A stretch of DNA of 63,504 bases, filler included, from Hyphochytrium catenoides (GCA_900088475.1; 10 parts of 10 records of this genome joined end to end with filler, not necessarily neighbours in it); one strand, 5' to 3'; shown: positions 1-13,669, counted from the first letter of the whole stretch. The notes: generated by a model from the letters alone, not told the origin. Numbers and translations: made by a program.

Positions 1-2407
1 GGGGGGGCATGCGTCTATGATACTATGAATGGTTCCGGGTGTTGTGAAACCTATTCTTTGCTTTCGCCACTTTCAAGGAAAGAACGTTATTTTTGGGTCG
101 ACATTGTTCGCAGTGTTATTTTACTTATGAAGGGATAAAAATTACAGGACTGACACTTACTTGATGGTGCTAAACAGCTGGCTGACCATATATATATTAA
201 TACCTTGTGAAGGAATAAAGCTGACAATGTGAGATATGACCATATGTCAAATATTGTCTATATTGGCTGTGTTGATGCTCATGCTTTCATCGACACGAGC
301 GGAAGAGAGAAGAAGGGCTTCGAGAGTAATTGGAGCTCTTCTTCATGATGATAGCACTATTTCTTGATGACATGCCCAACAATGAGAATAAGCAAGAACA
401 AGGCGTAGTGAATGAATAATAATGAGCATTCCAAAGTAAAGAGCAGCGACTGACATGAAGTTAAGAAGAAGGACCAGGTGCGTTGTCATGATGAGCCTAG
501 TGTTAGCCTCTTGATGAGGGTCGCCGACAATCGAAGTGAAAGACTTACAGACAGAAGAATCTCAGCAGGCTGCGATAATAGCTCAATTGTAATCTCATTT
601 ATTTATGGCGTAGCTCAAGGATGCAAGAGCTAATTAGGAGTCTGTTAATAGAAAGAAGAAGCAGTAGCCGGCGTCTTTTGGTCCTAGAAGAATGTGCCAA
701 TAATAGCAAAGGCACGAACCCCCTTCCCAAATGAGCCAGTAGCCACCGACCTGTGATGTCCGGCTTAATGCCAGCAAGCGGTGGGAGGGAGAGACCTTTG
801 AGAAGGTAGGTGGTGCAATCTCTTGAGTATGTGATCAAGGGGATTAGAGTGATGGTATGCTCTAGCAGATATTTCTAAAAGTGCTCTGGTCATGCTATTG
901 ATCTCATTCTAAATACTTACTCTTCTGATGGCGCCTTGCTTCTCTTTGCTTCCAGCTGCTGCAGTGTACACTTAAGATATCACTACGGGAGCAGAAGCTT
1001 TGATTGGTGGCGGTTCGTACCGCCAGAAACGCTATGCGCCTCCGTACTCACAGCGGTACCGGGGATTCACCGGTGTTTGTGTTGGTAGTCACTAAGTTTT
1101 TCCTTCACGAGACGTTGGCTGCTGCGGCAAAGCAGCGGGGTCTTTCGTTTGCCTCCTCACGTCTATATGCAAATGATAGCACCTTTGTTCTGTTTCTTTC
1201 GTAGGATTTGCAGCATTTATTCTTACAGCAGGGATCCAAATGGACGAAAGGTTGAGGACGCATTATGCGGCGGGTCTATGGCCTTGAAGATCTAGAAGGT
1301 ACTGGAGTAGTTGCTCATCAGTGCCCTTTAGGACGAAAGCTTTATGATGGTAGCGAAGCCTAGAGGAAGTACTTTTATAGCTAAAATAAACATTGGTGGA
1401 TCCAAGAACAAGCTACTGAACTCTACTGTCTTTAGGTCCTCAAGGAGAAGAGAGAGTTAGTATGACTGGCAAAGAGAGTGATTGTTGACACAATTATTAG
1501 CAGGAAGACGCGACAATGAGAATGAGAGACAAGACAATGGAAGGGCGTTTATAAGGAGACAAGGACAGCAGCAGCAGCAGCAACAGCAAAAGAACCAGGC
1601 AGTGATGACGAGAGGAGACGCCCTGATCGGAGACGAGAGACGACAGAGGAGCAAGTGACGAGTGACGACCGACGACAGAAGAAGAAGAAGAAGATGGACG
1701 AAGAGCAACAAACAAAGCTTGTGACAGTTCCGCAGCACGTTGATGATGGGGCGGCGGAATGGCGGCGGGCCCAGGTCTCGGAGCAAGAAGTGGGGCGTCC
1801 AACGTTCAAATTTTTTTGAAAACCTTTGCAGAAGTGTGCATTAGACCTACCATGACCTTCCCTCAAGGGTCAGAAACAAAGGCGCTGAAGACAGAGGCCG
1901 AAAATGCTATTGTTCTATTCCAAGGGTTTTTTGACCCTTCCAAAGAAAGTAATACAAATATATTAGGAATTAATGGCACGTCTTTGCTTATTGTCTGGAA
2001 TAAGTTGCGAGCCTTCCGAACGCATTCAAAACGAGGAAATGCAGGAAAAACAGTAGTTTCTGATATTACTTCAAGGGTTATACTATGGGTTACGGCGCGT
2101 ACTACTATCGTATCTTTTTGGTTTGTGAGCAGGTCTTGGACGAGAAGTAATAATATGCAAACGGAGGCGAGACGGTGCGCTGCGTAGTATAATACCTTGG
2201 GTTTGTTTGGATACGCAAAATAATAAGAGAGGTTTTCTTCAGGCTTGAACGGAGGGAATGGGATTTTAATTTTTTGGGAAGACAACGAAGACAGAGGAAG
2301 GGAGAGATAGCAAGAGACATACAACAAGAGGGAAGAGAGAGAGACAGAGTGGCAGAGAGAGCACAAAAGGAAGAGAGAGTGAGAGAGTGAGAGAGAGAGA
2401 GAGAGAG

Positions 2408-2507
2408 NNNNNNNNNNNNNNNNNNNNNNNNNNNNNNNNNNNNNNNNNNNNTTAATTAATTAANNNNNNNNNNNNNNNNNNNNNNNNNNNNNNNNNNNNN
2501 NNNNNNN
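2408..2507. other. Artificial contig spacer (44 N + TTAATTAATTAA + 44 N); identical spacers at 4687-4786, 7403-7502, 9628-9727, 14446-14545, 23620-23719, 27868-27967, 32116-32215, 34987-35086
   Basis: Exactly 100 nt each time, with a palindromic 12-mer giving stops in all six frames. Confidence 0.98.
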
Positions 2508-2801
2508 CTTCCAGCGGCTAGGAAAGACTTTCCTCTTTCGTCTTTCTTCTTGCCGCTCTGGGTCTCTCTCACTCTCTCTCGTCTTCTTCTCTCGCTCTTT
2601 CTTCCCCTTCTCTCTCCTTCTCCAATCCAAGTGAGACAGACAACGAGGAATCGTAGGTCTCCTTTTTTTCTCAGGCCCTTATTCCTTCCCTTTCCTCCTC
2701 ACAAGAATTAAGCCATTTCCCCCCTCTCTATCTTCTTTCTCATCGCTCTCATCGTTCTCTCTGTTTCTCTCTGACCCTCCTCCCGTCTCTCTCTCTCCTC
2801 T

Positions 2802-2848
<47 letters not shown>

Positions 2849-2902
2849 ATCTCTCTTTCCACTTCCCGCACACTCTCTCCTCTCTTTCTATATCTTCCTC
2901 AG

Positions 2903-4686
2903 GACTCGCTAGGCCTGGAACTGGATGTGGAGAGAGTGGACGGAGCTTTCTTTTTCAGCAGGACCGCGGTCCTTCATGGCGTGCAGCTGAGGAACAGCAG
3001 CAGCCAAGTGAAGGCACAGAGCATCGCTCTCTCTCTCTCTTGGAGGAGACTTAGAAAGTGGCCCCAACTCCCTCTGACAGAGATAGTCTGGTACACACAC
3101 TCTCTCTCTCGTCTCTCTGTCTCTGTCTCTCTCTTTTGTTCCCCCTTCTCTCTCTCTCTCTCTCTCTCTCTTCCCTTCTCTCTCTCTCTCTCTCTTTTCC
3201 CTTCTCTCTCTCCCCCTCTCTCTGCCCAACATTCCTTTCTCTCTTCTCTTCAATAGTGTAAGCCCTCGTTTCTCTATCTTGTCATGCTTCTCTAGCCGCA
3301 TTACTCCCTCTCGTTCATTTCGAAACTGTCTGTCCCTTCATACTATCTACCTCTTTCTCTCTCTCTTTCTCTCTCGCTCTCTCGCTCTCTCTCTCTCTCT
3401 CTCTCATGCTCCTGGTTCTGTCTCTGTGTCGATCGGCATGGGTCCAGCTCTCATGTCTCAGGGTTTATCACGGTCCCGAACGGGTCCAGGGCCGAGGGAA
3501 ACAGCGGCGAGTGGAAGGTCTACAGCCCACAGTCCATGAGGTTCCTCCCTCTCTGCTTCTCCTCTCGTCGTCTCTCTCTCCATACCCTCCATCTGTCTAT
3601 TTTTTATTTGTAACCGAATGGATTTATTCTCTCTCTCTTTGTCTCTCTTTCTTTTTCGCGTTCTCCTGCTACCGTTTTCCTTGTCTGTCTCCTCTACTCT
3701 TAGATATCTCTTGCAACATTTTTTCTCTGTTTGTCCCTCCGCATTCTTTCTTTGCCCGTTGCTGGCTTCTCTCCCTCTCTCTCTTTTTCTCTCTCTCTTC
3801 TCTCTCTTCTCTCTCTCTCTTCTCTCTCTCTCTTCTCTCTCTCTCTCTCGCTCTCTCTCTCTTCTCTCTCTCTCTTCTCTCTCTCTCTCTTCCCTTTCTC
3901 CCGCTCTTTCTCTCTCCCTCCCTATACCTATCTCTCTCTCTTCCAACACACACTCTCTCTCTTCTCTTTGTCGCTTTGCTCTCCAGTACTTTCTTAGGCT
4001 TTGATCTGAATCTGTCGCTGGAGAGCCTGAAGATAACGAATATTGACTTAGAGATGCGATACGCGGGAGGAGAGACAGCAAAAATCGTCTTTCTGTACGC
4101 TCTCTCCAAGCCGTATCGCACCTCTCCTAACCCTCTCTGGGACCTCATGAACTGTGAGGCCATGGGCACGATCAATGACCAGGAGTTCACGCTGAAGCAC
4201 CTGCTGGGGAGACAGGTTAGAGAGAGAGAGAGAGAGAGAGTGTGTGTGAGAAAAGAAAAAAGTGAGCTTTGAATAACGGGAAGTGAGATGGCAAAGGGAG
4301 AAGAGGAGGGGTGTTGAATCGAGGGACAAGTGATGATGTGCCTCTGAGAGAGAAGGACATCTTCTGTCTCTCGTTTTTTCTCTCTTTGGCCATGACCTTT
4401 CATCTTAGTGCTGGTCTCTCTCTCCCTCTCATGTCTCTTGGCTGGTATGCTGTTGAAATGTTAACTCTCTTCTTTTCTAAATGTCCTCCTGTCCTCTTCC
4501 CTCCTGTCTGTCTCTTCCTTTCTTTTATACCTCTCTCTCTCTCCTTCTCTCTTCCTCTCTCTCTTCTGTCTGTCTGTCTGTCTCTCTTTCTCTGTGTGCC
4601 TGTCTTCTTTCTCTCTCTCTCTCTCTCTGCAGGTGGGCTCCTCGGACAAGTTCCGGGTGAAGAAGATGGAAGAGTTGGTGGGGAAG
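2903..4686 (+). CDS. Partial multi-exon gene, Mdm31/AsmA-like beta-groove protein (exons ~2903-3090, ~3448-3506 or 3540, ~3998-4215, 4633-contig end)
   Basis: Spliced product DSLGLELDVERVDGAFFFSRTAVLHGVQLRN..SIALSLSWRR..EIVCSHVSGFITVP..GFDLNLSLESLKITNIDLEM..KPYR..LWDLMNCEAMGTINDQEFTL; alternating beta pattern resembles recalled Mdm31 motifs. Exons are clear, family is inference. Confidence 0.5.
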
Positions 4687-5398
4687 NNNNNNNNNNNNNN
4701 NNNNNNNNNNNNNNNNNNNNNNNNNNNNNNTTAATTAATTAANNNNNNNNNNNNNNNNNNNNNNNNNNNNNNNNNNNNNNNNNNNNTAGAAGAAGAGTGA
4801 GAGAGAGAACGAGGAACAGATTTAGGCGTGAGGCAGTAACCGCAACGAACAAGGAGAAAAGAGAGCGAGAGCGCGCGCGAGAGAGGGGGAGAGAGAGGGA
4901 AGCAAGACAGGACGAGGTAGGGAGAGAGAGAGGCAATGGAGAGCAAGAAGAAGCAGATGAATAGAGGAACTTGACACCGGGGAAGGAAGGAGATGCGCGG
5001 CCTAAGCGGATGTAGGAGCAGAAGAGAGAGAGAGAGAGAGGGAAAGGACAGGAAAGAGATGATAGGAAGGAAATAGGACATAGGACAAGGAAACGGAGGG
5101 GAAACGTGGTGGAGAGCGAAGGAGGTCCAGGAGCGCACAACGACAGAGAGAGAGACACACACAGCAGAAGAAAGAGAGAGAAAGAGAGAGAAAGAAGAGA
5201 GGGAGACCAGAGCAGACGAAGCCCGGGAGCAAGAGAGGAGGTGAGAAGAGCTCGAGGAGCCTTACCATGGTAGAAGCTTTTGTTTCTTCTTAACTATCGT
5301 CCTCCCCTTTCCTGAGCCTCCTGTTTGTCGACTTCATCGATCTAAAACGCTGTGGCACCAGCTCTGACCCTGGACAGAGTCTCCTATTTTCCTTGTCC

Positions 5399-5445
<47 letters not shown>

Positions 5446-5758
5446 CTCGTTCTCATTCTCCAGCGTACGCTTTCTCCCTTCTGATGCTTCAGAAGAGTAT
5501 GGTCTTGCATCCCTTCTTGCTGCTGCTCCTCTTTCTCTTCCTCGTCCTTCTCTTGCTTTTCCTGGCACTTTCACTTTCACTTCCTGTCACTTGCGGCGAC
5601 CTCTCTCTCTCTCTCTTTCTCTCTCTTGTAGTGTTCGAAAATTTGTTACATACTCTAAAAGTATGGGCGTTAACGGAAAGTTGCGGGATCAGAAATTTCC
5701 GTTCTAGGAAGGAGACATGTCTCTCCTCATTCCTTTCCTTCTTTCTTTCTTTCTTACT

Positions 5759-5792
<34 letters not shown>

Positions 5793-6464
5793 TTCTCCTC
5801 TTTCTCTCTCTCTCTTTCTCTCTCTCTCTTTCTCCCTTTTCTCTCTCTCTCTCTTGTTCTCTCTCTCTCTCTCTCTCTTTTTCTCTCTCTCTCTCTCTCT
5901 TCTCTCTCTTCTCTCTTCTTTCTCCCTTTTCTCTCTCTCTCTCTCTCTCTTTCTTTCTCTCTCTTTCACTCACTCTCTTCCTTCTTCTCTCTCTCTCTCT
6001 CTCACACACACACAGTCTCTCCTCTCTGTCTCTCTCCACTACATCTCTCTCTCCCTAACCCTCTCTCCTCCCTCTCTCTCCTGCCCCCTGCATCTTTCTT
6101 TTCTTCTTCCTTCCTCCGTCGTAACAACTTCTCATCGTCGCTCTTACTTTCTCTTTCGCCTCTCTTCTTCAATGGTGACTCTTGTTGCTTGATGTCCTGC
6201 TCGACGCCCTTGTTACCCGGTCAGCTTGAGAGGCGCGAGATCACTCTATCGGTTCTCTCTCTCTCTCTGTCTCTTTCTCTCCCTGTTTCGTTACTGGGCA
6301 GTGCTCACGATGGGAGCGCCAATGGTGCTTTCTTCCTTACTCCTGTCATCCCACGACTGGTCTATCGTCTCTGCATTTTGACGCTGCTGCCAGCAGCAGT
6401 AGACCAAAGAGGTATGATATTGCGCCTTGGACACTTCTAGAGACTCAAGAATTGTAGGAAGTAG

Positions 6465-6660
6465 CTCAGGGAAGGCGCGTGTGTCCTCCGTTCCCGATCT
6501 GTCCTATCAGCGTCAGCCGCGTCATTGACCCTGTGGTTGGCAGTGATGGTGTCATTTACTCTCGCGAATCTCTCTTTATGGCAACAGATTATGCACTCCA
6601 GAACGGACAGAGAGCAGCACAAGCGGTAGAGCGGAGAGAAAACACGCGCATCGCCTTTAG
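6465..6660 (+). CDS. Exon encoding a U-box-like domain (possible E3 ligase); rest of gene unresolved
   Basis: FPICPISVSRVIDPVVGSDGVIYSRESL matches U-box consensus FxCPISxxxMxDPVxxxDGxTYxRxxI; strong donor AG|GTGAGC at 6660/6661. Confidence 0.55.
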
Positions 6661-7368
6661 GTGAGCGCCAAGATCCGATGAAGAACTCTCTACGGCTGGA
6701 GAGCAAGCATTTAGTCGACTCCAGAGATCGAGATCTGGCACTGGTTTATCAATTTCTTCCCAGTCCTTGACGGGAGCTATGAGAGCCAGAGAGAGTCCAA
6801 TGAGCTGTTGAAGGGGACTCTATGGCGTGCATCGCTCCATCACCTTTCTGACTGCATCGGGCCACACCGCTGCTCCTGGCGTGCACCTCTGCTGGGGAGT
6901 TAGCCCATGCTCAGGGTTCAGCGTGTCATCTCTCGTCTTAGAGGTCAAGAGAGTGGTCTTACGCCCGCTGATTGCTTGCTCTCGAGCTTTGACCCTTCTT
7001 CCTTGGATCCTGCCCAGTTCGCTGCGTTCAGCCTGATGCCCATCGTAGGCTCAACTAAGAAGACTCACAGCCTCCCGAAGCGGAGGCAAGGCCGGGCCTA
7101 AGCTTGAAGAACCCAGCGGTCCGTAATATTGTTGCCTGGTAAACCAGTTGAAGAAAAAGGAGACTGAAAGAGTGATGTGTGGCAGAAAGGGCGCGGGGGA
7201 AGAAAGTCGAAGGATGTGAGCGACCGAAGCTCCCCAAGGAGATGGCGCGAACTTTTCTCAGGTTCCTCCCTCGACCGCAGTGCAAAAGGGACGTAAGTAT
7301 GTGATCCTTTCCGTTAATAGTGCAAACTTAATCATTCACTTCTGTCTCTTCCACCTGCCATGCTCTCT

Positions 7369-7402
<34 letters not shown>

Positions 7403-8500
7403 NNNNNNNNNNNNNNNNNNNNNNNNNNNNNNNNNNNNNNNNNNNNTTAATTAATTAANNNNNNNNNNNNNNNNNNNNNNNNNNNNNNNNNNNNNNNNNN
7501 NNAGGGAACAGTCGCTCTGTCCTGAAAATCGGGCTGACATTCCTTTTGCGGGAGAAAGAAAGAGGGCGGAGAGGCGTAACCTCGAGTGCTACTCAGCCTC
7601 ATGACTGCGCAGAGTCTGCTTCTTCGCGACGGATGGCAAGATCCCCGAGGAAGACGGAAGAAGAAGGGTGTGAGTCTGTATAAGTTAGGCTTGTCGGCTA
7701 AAGGTAGTGCGCTGAGCTGTGCGCTGGTGAGTTTCTATTCTTCTGTCATCTCATTCCTTTATTGCCCAAGCCCCATGCGCCTTCAACCATTGATCGTTTG
7801 CAAGAGAACCATAGGAACAGCCCATGTGCAGCACCAGAACAAAGACAAGGGGCCGGAAGGATTCTGCAGGACGCCATCAGCAGCTGTCGTCAAAAGGGGG
7901 AGAGAGATGCCAGGCAGCAGAAGCAGGAAAGGTTCCACTTCAGCACATTCAGCTTCAGGAGGAGGAGCAGACGTGAAGGGGACTGAAGAGCGCAAAGAAC
8001 GAAGCGAAGCAGGTGCAGAAGCTTCATCCTACGTCAGGTCCCTTCACTCTCTGTGGGTCCAAAGCTTGCTCGCCCATCCTACATAGAGGAACACAGCCAA
8101 TATGTGTCACCAAGACTAAGAAGAAGAGTCATCAACTGAAATGAGATCATGAAGAGCCACTGACTCCCTTCTCTTCTTGAAAGACAAGGTTGGAGCCTAT
8201 GGGACGACAGAGAAAACAGAAGAGCAAAAGGCCGTAATAATGGAGCGGAAGAGAGAGTAGAGAAGAGAGTCTGATGAGAATGGGGAGAGAGAGATGGAGG
8301 GCGAGAGAGAGAGAAAAGAGAGAGAAAAGAGAGAGAGAGAAAAGAGAAAAAGAAAAGACAGAGAGAGAGAGAGAGAAAAGTGAGAGAGAAAAGAGACAGA
8401 GAGAGAGAGGGAGAGAGATAGAGAGAGAAAAGAGAGAGAGAGAACTTTGAGCGAGAAAAGTGAGAGAGAGAAAAGAGAAAGAGAGAGAAAAGTGAGAGAG

Positions 8501-8532
<32 letters not shown>

Positions 8533-8737
8533 NNNNNNNNNNNNNNNNNNNNGAGAGAGAGAGAGAGAGAGAGAGAGAGGATCGGTCAAGTATCAGTGCT
8601 CGCATGATGTCGAACGGGGACTTTTCCAAGGCACAAAAGCTCTTCCACCTCCGTTCACCCAAAGATTCATGCAGCTGCGACGGGCCTGGAGGAGATCTGA
8701 ATGGCTGCTTCGCTTCTCTGAACTGCAGATGAAGCTT

Positions 8738-9627
8738 CACAGCGCAGATTCTGAAGATTTGCCAGATCTCGCCTCCGCTTGAAGATGTGATGCAGTTCAC
8801 GACCACCTATTCTTTCGATAGAGCGCTTTCTGGTTACGATTATGGACAAGGGAGAGCTGCCAGAGCAATTGTCCAGAGCTTTCTTAGGTACGCTGGTGCT
8901 TAGGATCGCCCGGCCTCTCGCAGCACGGTATTGCCGATTGGGCCTACGCAGCTGAGGTCGCAGCGCACGTTGAGGTCATCAATCCCGCCTGTGCTAGTAC
9001 TCCTTAGACTAGTAAAGCTCCTATAGTTAAGAGAGAACAACCGTCCGACTATCTAGACTCCACCCTAGCAAGACGCTAGCCGATTATTAGTGCAGATGCT
9101 GGTCAGGATTTTTAGTGCAGATGCTCTGAACTTGGTTATGCCATTGTATCAGATCGATGACAGACAAGGGCTGAAAGAGGTCTGCATTTTGAAGGATGCC
9201 TTGAATGATTGTGTAGTGTGGCCATTGCACTGTTTACGCCTACTGAAGAATCCCGCGCAGAGCGATGGTGCTTCTCCACCCAGGCCAGCGTCTTCCTCCT
9301 CTCCAAGATCTACTTCTCCCACGACTGATGCTGCTGTACCGGTGGAAGACAGCACCGCAGGGCAGAGGGAGGTTCAGGAGCGTTTTACCTTCTACGACCT
9401 CAAACCACAAGAATACCACTTCTGCAAGGAACACAGTTATTGACCAAGCAGAGTTGAAGGAGGAGATGCCACACTTCAGCAGTGAGGTTGACGAGGCCTA
9501 CCTTCAAGCCTATCAAACTTATTACAGTGAGTCTCGTGGAGCAAGCAACGTGAGTTCTGAGGAGCCAGATGTGGACAGTGAGAATGATAGCACGGAAGAC
9601 GAGGACGCGAACATTTTCTTCTCTGAA
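8738..9627 (+). CDS. Partial spliced hypothetical protein with Ser/Pro-rich and acidic segments
   Basis: Open segments ILKICQISPPLEDVMQF..., DALNLVMPLYQIDDRQGLKE, SDGASPPRPASSSSP..., VIDQAELKEEMPHF..DSTEDEDANIFFSE bounded by GT/AG sites; no family recognised, boundaries approximate. Confidence 0.4.
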
Positions 9628-9737
9628 NNNNNNNNNNNNNNNNNNNNNNNNNNNNNNNNNNNNNNNNNNNNTTAATTAATTAANNNNNNNNNNNNNNNNN
9701 NNNNNNNNNNNNNNNNNNNNNNNNNNNGACTGCTTAG

Positions 9738-12017
9738 GCCGGTCCTTCGCACTCTGCAATCCCAGAAGTCCCTCAACGGTTTATAGCTGCGGAGAAGGGC
9801 AATAAGGAGAAGGCTGCAATAAGGTCTGGGTGTTGATCCTACCGCCTGTAACTTAACTAACTCCTTGTGGACCTGCTAGCCTTCTAGTAAAGGCGGGGAT
9901 ACTTCTGTTCCATCTGTTCTCCAAGCTTCAACGTCTACTATCGCATCTTTGGTTGCGTGGACCCGTAACACACTCTCTCACCTAAGAGCCTCTTATTCCC
10001 TTAGAGAACTGGGACTTGTATTGCTCTTTTTCTCTCTCTCTCTCTCTCTCTCACACACGCATCCAGAGGCTCTTTACTGGCTCCTATCTGATGTCGTCAT
10101 TGATTCTTAGGTGGAAGGCCACGTTAGCCTGGAGAAAGCAGAACAAGGTGGACGGAATTCTTACGGAGCCGATGCCCTATTTCAAAGTCATCAAGAAGTA
10201 CTACCCGCACTACTTCTGCGGCAGAAGCAAGAACGTGAGGCTGCTATCTCTCTCTCTCTCTCGCTCCTGAATCTGCGCCAAGATGTGTCTCCCCTGTCCG
10301 CTACCTTTTCTCCCTAAACCCCTCTCTGTCTCTCTCCCTATGTCTCTCACTCTCCGTCTATCTCTCTATCTCTCTGTCTCTCCCCCTTTCCCCCTTTCCT
10401 CCCTTTCTCTTCAACCCTTGACTTCACTGTTTGCGGGCCTCATAAAGCGCAGAGCGAGGCTTATGTTCTTGCTTGTGGGAGATAAGAGTCCCCTGTCTTC
10501 TTTGACTCTTGTCAGCGCTCCTTCTCCACTTCCATTATGACCTTTCATGCCACCTAAATAGACCCTTGCTCTCTCTACCCTAGAATAACCCGATATATTA
10601 TGAGAAGCCAGGAAAGATTCAGTTCTCAGCTTTGGAGAGAGAAGGTAGGCTCATAGATCAGAGAGTTTCTTGTGCCCCTTGCCATTTTATCTATCTGCCT
10701 TCTCTTCTGCTAGTGCTTCGTGCAAGAGTTGTCTACCTTGGTGAGTCCAATACTACCTTATGGTCTAGAGGAGGGCTTTAGGTCTTGAGGGTCTTCCAAC
10801 TTCCGTTAGGCTCTGTTCGTCTCATGCCTTTGGCCGTGTAGGGGTGACCATGCAGCATATGCTGCGCCATTATATCATGTTGACGGAGTTCCTCTGGCAG
10901 CGCCTTGAGCCCTCAGAGACAGGCAGGACCGTGACGGTGCTTGATGTCGAGGGCATTGGGGTGAAGGACTTTGCAGGGCAGGTAAGACGTAAAGCCCATT
11001 TCTTCCAGCGCTGGCACTTCCTGCTTTCCCGTATGTCTTTATCTCCACTCTCTCCTCTCTCAACGTTTCTCCTCTCAACTCACAACTTGTGGTGCAGGTG
11101 GTAGAGTTTATTCGAGGTGCCATTGCCTTCACGGGCGCCCACTATCCTGAGCGGTCCGCCTGCATTTTCATTATCAACGTACCAGGCTGGTTTTCAGTGG
11201 TTTGGAACACTGTGAAGGCCTGGGTGGACCCGGTCACCCGAGAAAAGGTATAGTCCCTGCCTTTTCACTGATAAGGAAACCTACTCTCTTTCTCTCTCTT
11301 TTCTCTCTCTCTCTCTGCCCCTCTCTCTCTTCTCTCTCTCTCTCTCTCTGCCCCTCTCTCTCCCTCTCGCTGTCCCTCCCCTTCCTCCCCTTCTGTCTCT
11401 CTTCTGAGCCCAGTCGTCTCTTTATCTATCTCTGCTATGCAGCGTCTCCCCTGTCCTTTTGAAGTTTATGAGATGAGTGTGATGCATCTAGCTGAAGATC
11501 TCTGCCTTCCCCCTGACTACGGCAGGTCTTTATTTTAAGAGGCAAAGATAAGATCCGGGAGGCGCTGCTTTCTAAAATTGATGAGGACGTTCTTCCTGCA
11601 GGTAGAAGATGCTGCCACATTGTAGAAATGGGCTGAAAAGGGGAGACAGAGAGCTTTTCTTGCGTCATGCATGCTTCTTTCTCACGCATGCGTGCTTCTT
11701 TCTCACAGCGTCTCCTCCATCTATCCATCTCTCCCCCACTGTTCTCCTTTATCTCTGTTGCAGAGTACGGCGGCAAGAACACTCTGGATCCTCAACAATC
11801 GGAAGAGGAGAAGCTTCTGGCAGCCATCGCTGCCTTCGCCAATGGCGAAGGTCCAGATCCTTTGGCAGGTGCAGGGAAGCCAGACTCAGGAGGTGTACGA
11901 AAGAGTGTCAGAGGAGCCATGACCACGGACGGCATCCCCTCGGGCCGCACAGCATCCAAGTCAGGGGCTGAGGGCCCGAAGCGTCGCCATTCGTCGCCTC
12001 GTCCAAGCTTGAAGTAA
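9738..12017 (+). CDS. CRAL-TRIO / Sec14-like lipid-binding protein, 5'-truncated, 7 exons
   Basis: Spliced: PQRFIAAEKGNKEKAAIR|WKATLAWRKQNKVDGIL..YYPHYFCGRSKN|NNPIYYEKPGK..|VTVLDVEGIGVKDF..|HYPERSACIFIINVPGWFSVVWNTVKAWVDPVTREK|VFIL..IDEDVLPA|EYGG; TAA at 12015-12017. Confidence 0.93.
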
Positions 12018-12289
12018 AGTCTTATTGGCCTTATCCAGCCAGGCCTTTCTCTCTCTCATTCTCGCTCTCGCTCTCTCTCTCTCTCGCTGTTGCTCTCACC
12101 GTCCCTCGTTTCTCTGACTCTTCTCCAATTAGCACTAGACCTTCTTCGTTTTAAGCTTATGCCACGCTCAACTTATTCCACTGTTGTCTGTCAAGAGAGA
12201 CCCTTTGCCTCATGATGCCCAGAAAATAAAGAGAGCAGATGGAGAGACTGCGGTTCAAAAGGCAGGATGTCTATAGCTTGATATAATGT

Positions 12290-13610
12290 TTACTCAGTCT
12301 CTAGCGGACGAGGGATCGTCTCCCAGTCTCTCTTCGCCTCATTCCATCTCCAGATAGGAAGTGGCGGGGGAAGAGAGAAGAGAAGTGTAGGAACAGATGT
12401 ATCTTGCCTTCTACCTCTCTTACGCTTCCGTGGCACAGAGTGAAGCGCGGTGGCTGTGATGGATAACTCAGAGCGCCAGAGAGCCCGAAGATGGGAAGAA
12501 ATCCTCTTAGATCGGAACCTAGAAAGCGGAAGAGCGAGAGAAAGGGAGAGGACGAGTGTGAGAGAGAGAGAGAGAGAGAGAGAAAGATGGACGCAGCGAG
12601 AAACGTACATGCGGAAGACACTCTGTATCTTGATGGAACTCGCGCGTCTCCTGGCCCATTCCTTAGCTCTCCTTCTCCTGCATAGCATTCTAGGGGAGAG
12701 AGAGAGAACGTGCCAGCAATGAGTGACAGGGTAGTCCGATAGTAGGACAGAGCAGAGAGAGAGAGAGAGTAAGGGCACGGACGATAGAGGAAGAAACCGA
12801 GAAGATAGAAGAGACATAAGGAGAGGAATAAAAGGACGGAAGTTCAATTCGTGGGAGGCGCGAGGCTCATGAGGTCAAGGGAAAGACCTATCAAAGCTCA
12901 CCTCCTTATAAATAGAACTATTCTCTTTCCAGCTTTCTTTCTCTCTCCTGCATGTCTTAGACGGCAGCGGAAGAGAAACCTACGCACTATTCGCTGTATG
13001 GCTCGAGCTGCACAATGTCTTTCCTCCTCTCTCTCCTGCTCTCTCTGTTGCCGCCACAGCTCGCGTCCGCGCTAGAGAGAGAGAGATAGCCAAAGTAGGA
13101 TAGAACATAGCAAATCCATCCAAGAGATAAGAGAGAGAGATCAGACGGTTGAAAAGAAAATGCACGGCAGTGCATGGATGCAAGCAGAGAGGAGGAGAGG
13201 GAGTACTAAGAAAGAGAGCCACGATGGGATATGGAGAGACTCAGAGAGAGAGGCAGGACAGGAGAGAAAGTAACACACAGAGAGAGAGAGAGAGAAAAAG
13301 GAAGAGAAAAATGAGATAAAGAGAGGGGATAACAGAGAGGGAGAAATCTGGCAACGAGATAGAGACTATCCTAGAACAGCCTCCCTCTCTACTTCCTCCA
13401 GTCTTTCGATGCGCCGAGGAGACCCAAGTGCCGCACCTTTGTGAGTTCAAAGTCTTTCCTTGCTGCTCGCACCAGCATATCTCCAGCGTTTTCTGCAGGA
13501 GGAGCAGGAGCTGCCCGACGCTTGGATGCGGCGGACTGAACACGAGGGAGAGAGAGATGAGCGCTAATATAGGGGCGGGGCTAATAGAACCACAGAGGGA
13601 GAGAGAGAGG

Positions 13611-13669
<59 letters not shown>

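Noticed and set aside
1759-2187. 142-aa ORF in contig 1
   Set aside because: No recognisable motif or splice context; an equally long antisense ORF overlaps it.
2452-2463. Recurrent palindrome TTAATTAATTAA as a regulatory site or CRISPR-like repeat
   Set aside because: Always centred in 88 Ns; an assembly linker.
5352-6440. Long Ser/Leu or Arg/Glu ORFs (also 3406-4272, 21445-22383, 22922-23671 and others)
   Set aside because: (CT)n/(GA)n tracts contain no stop codons; these are introns or intergenic DNA.
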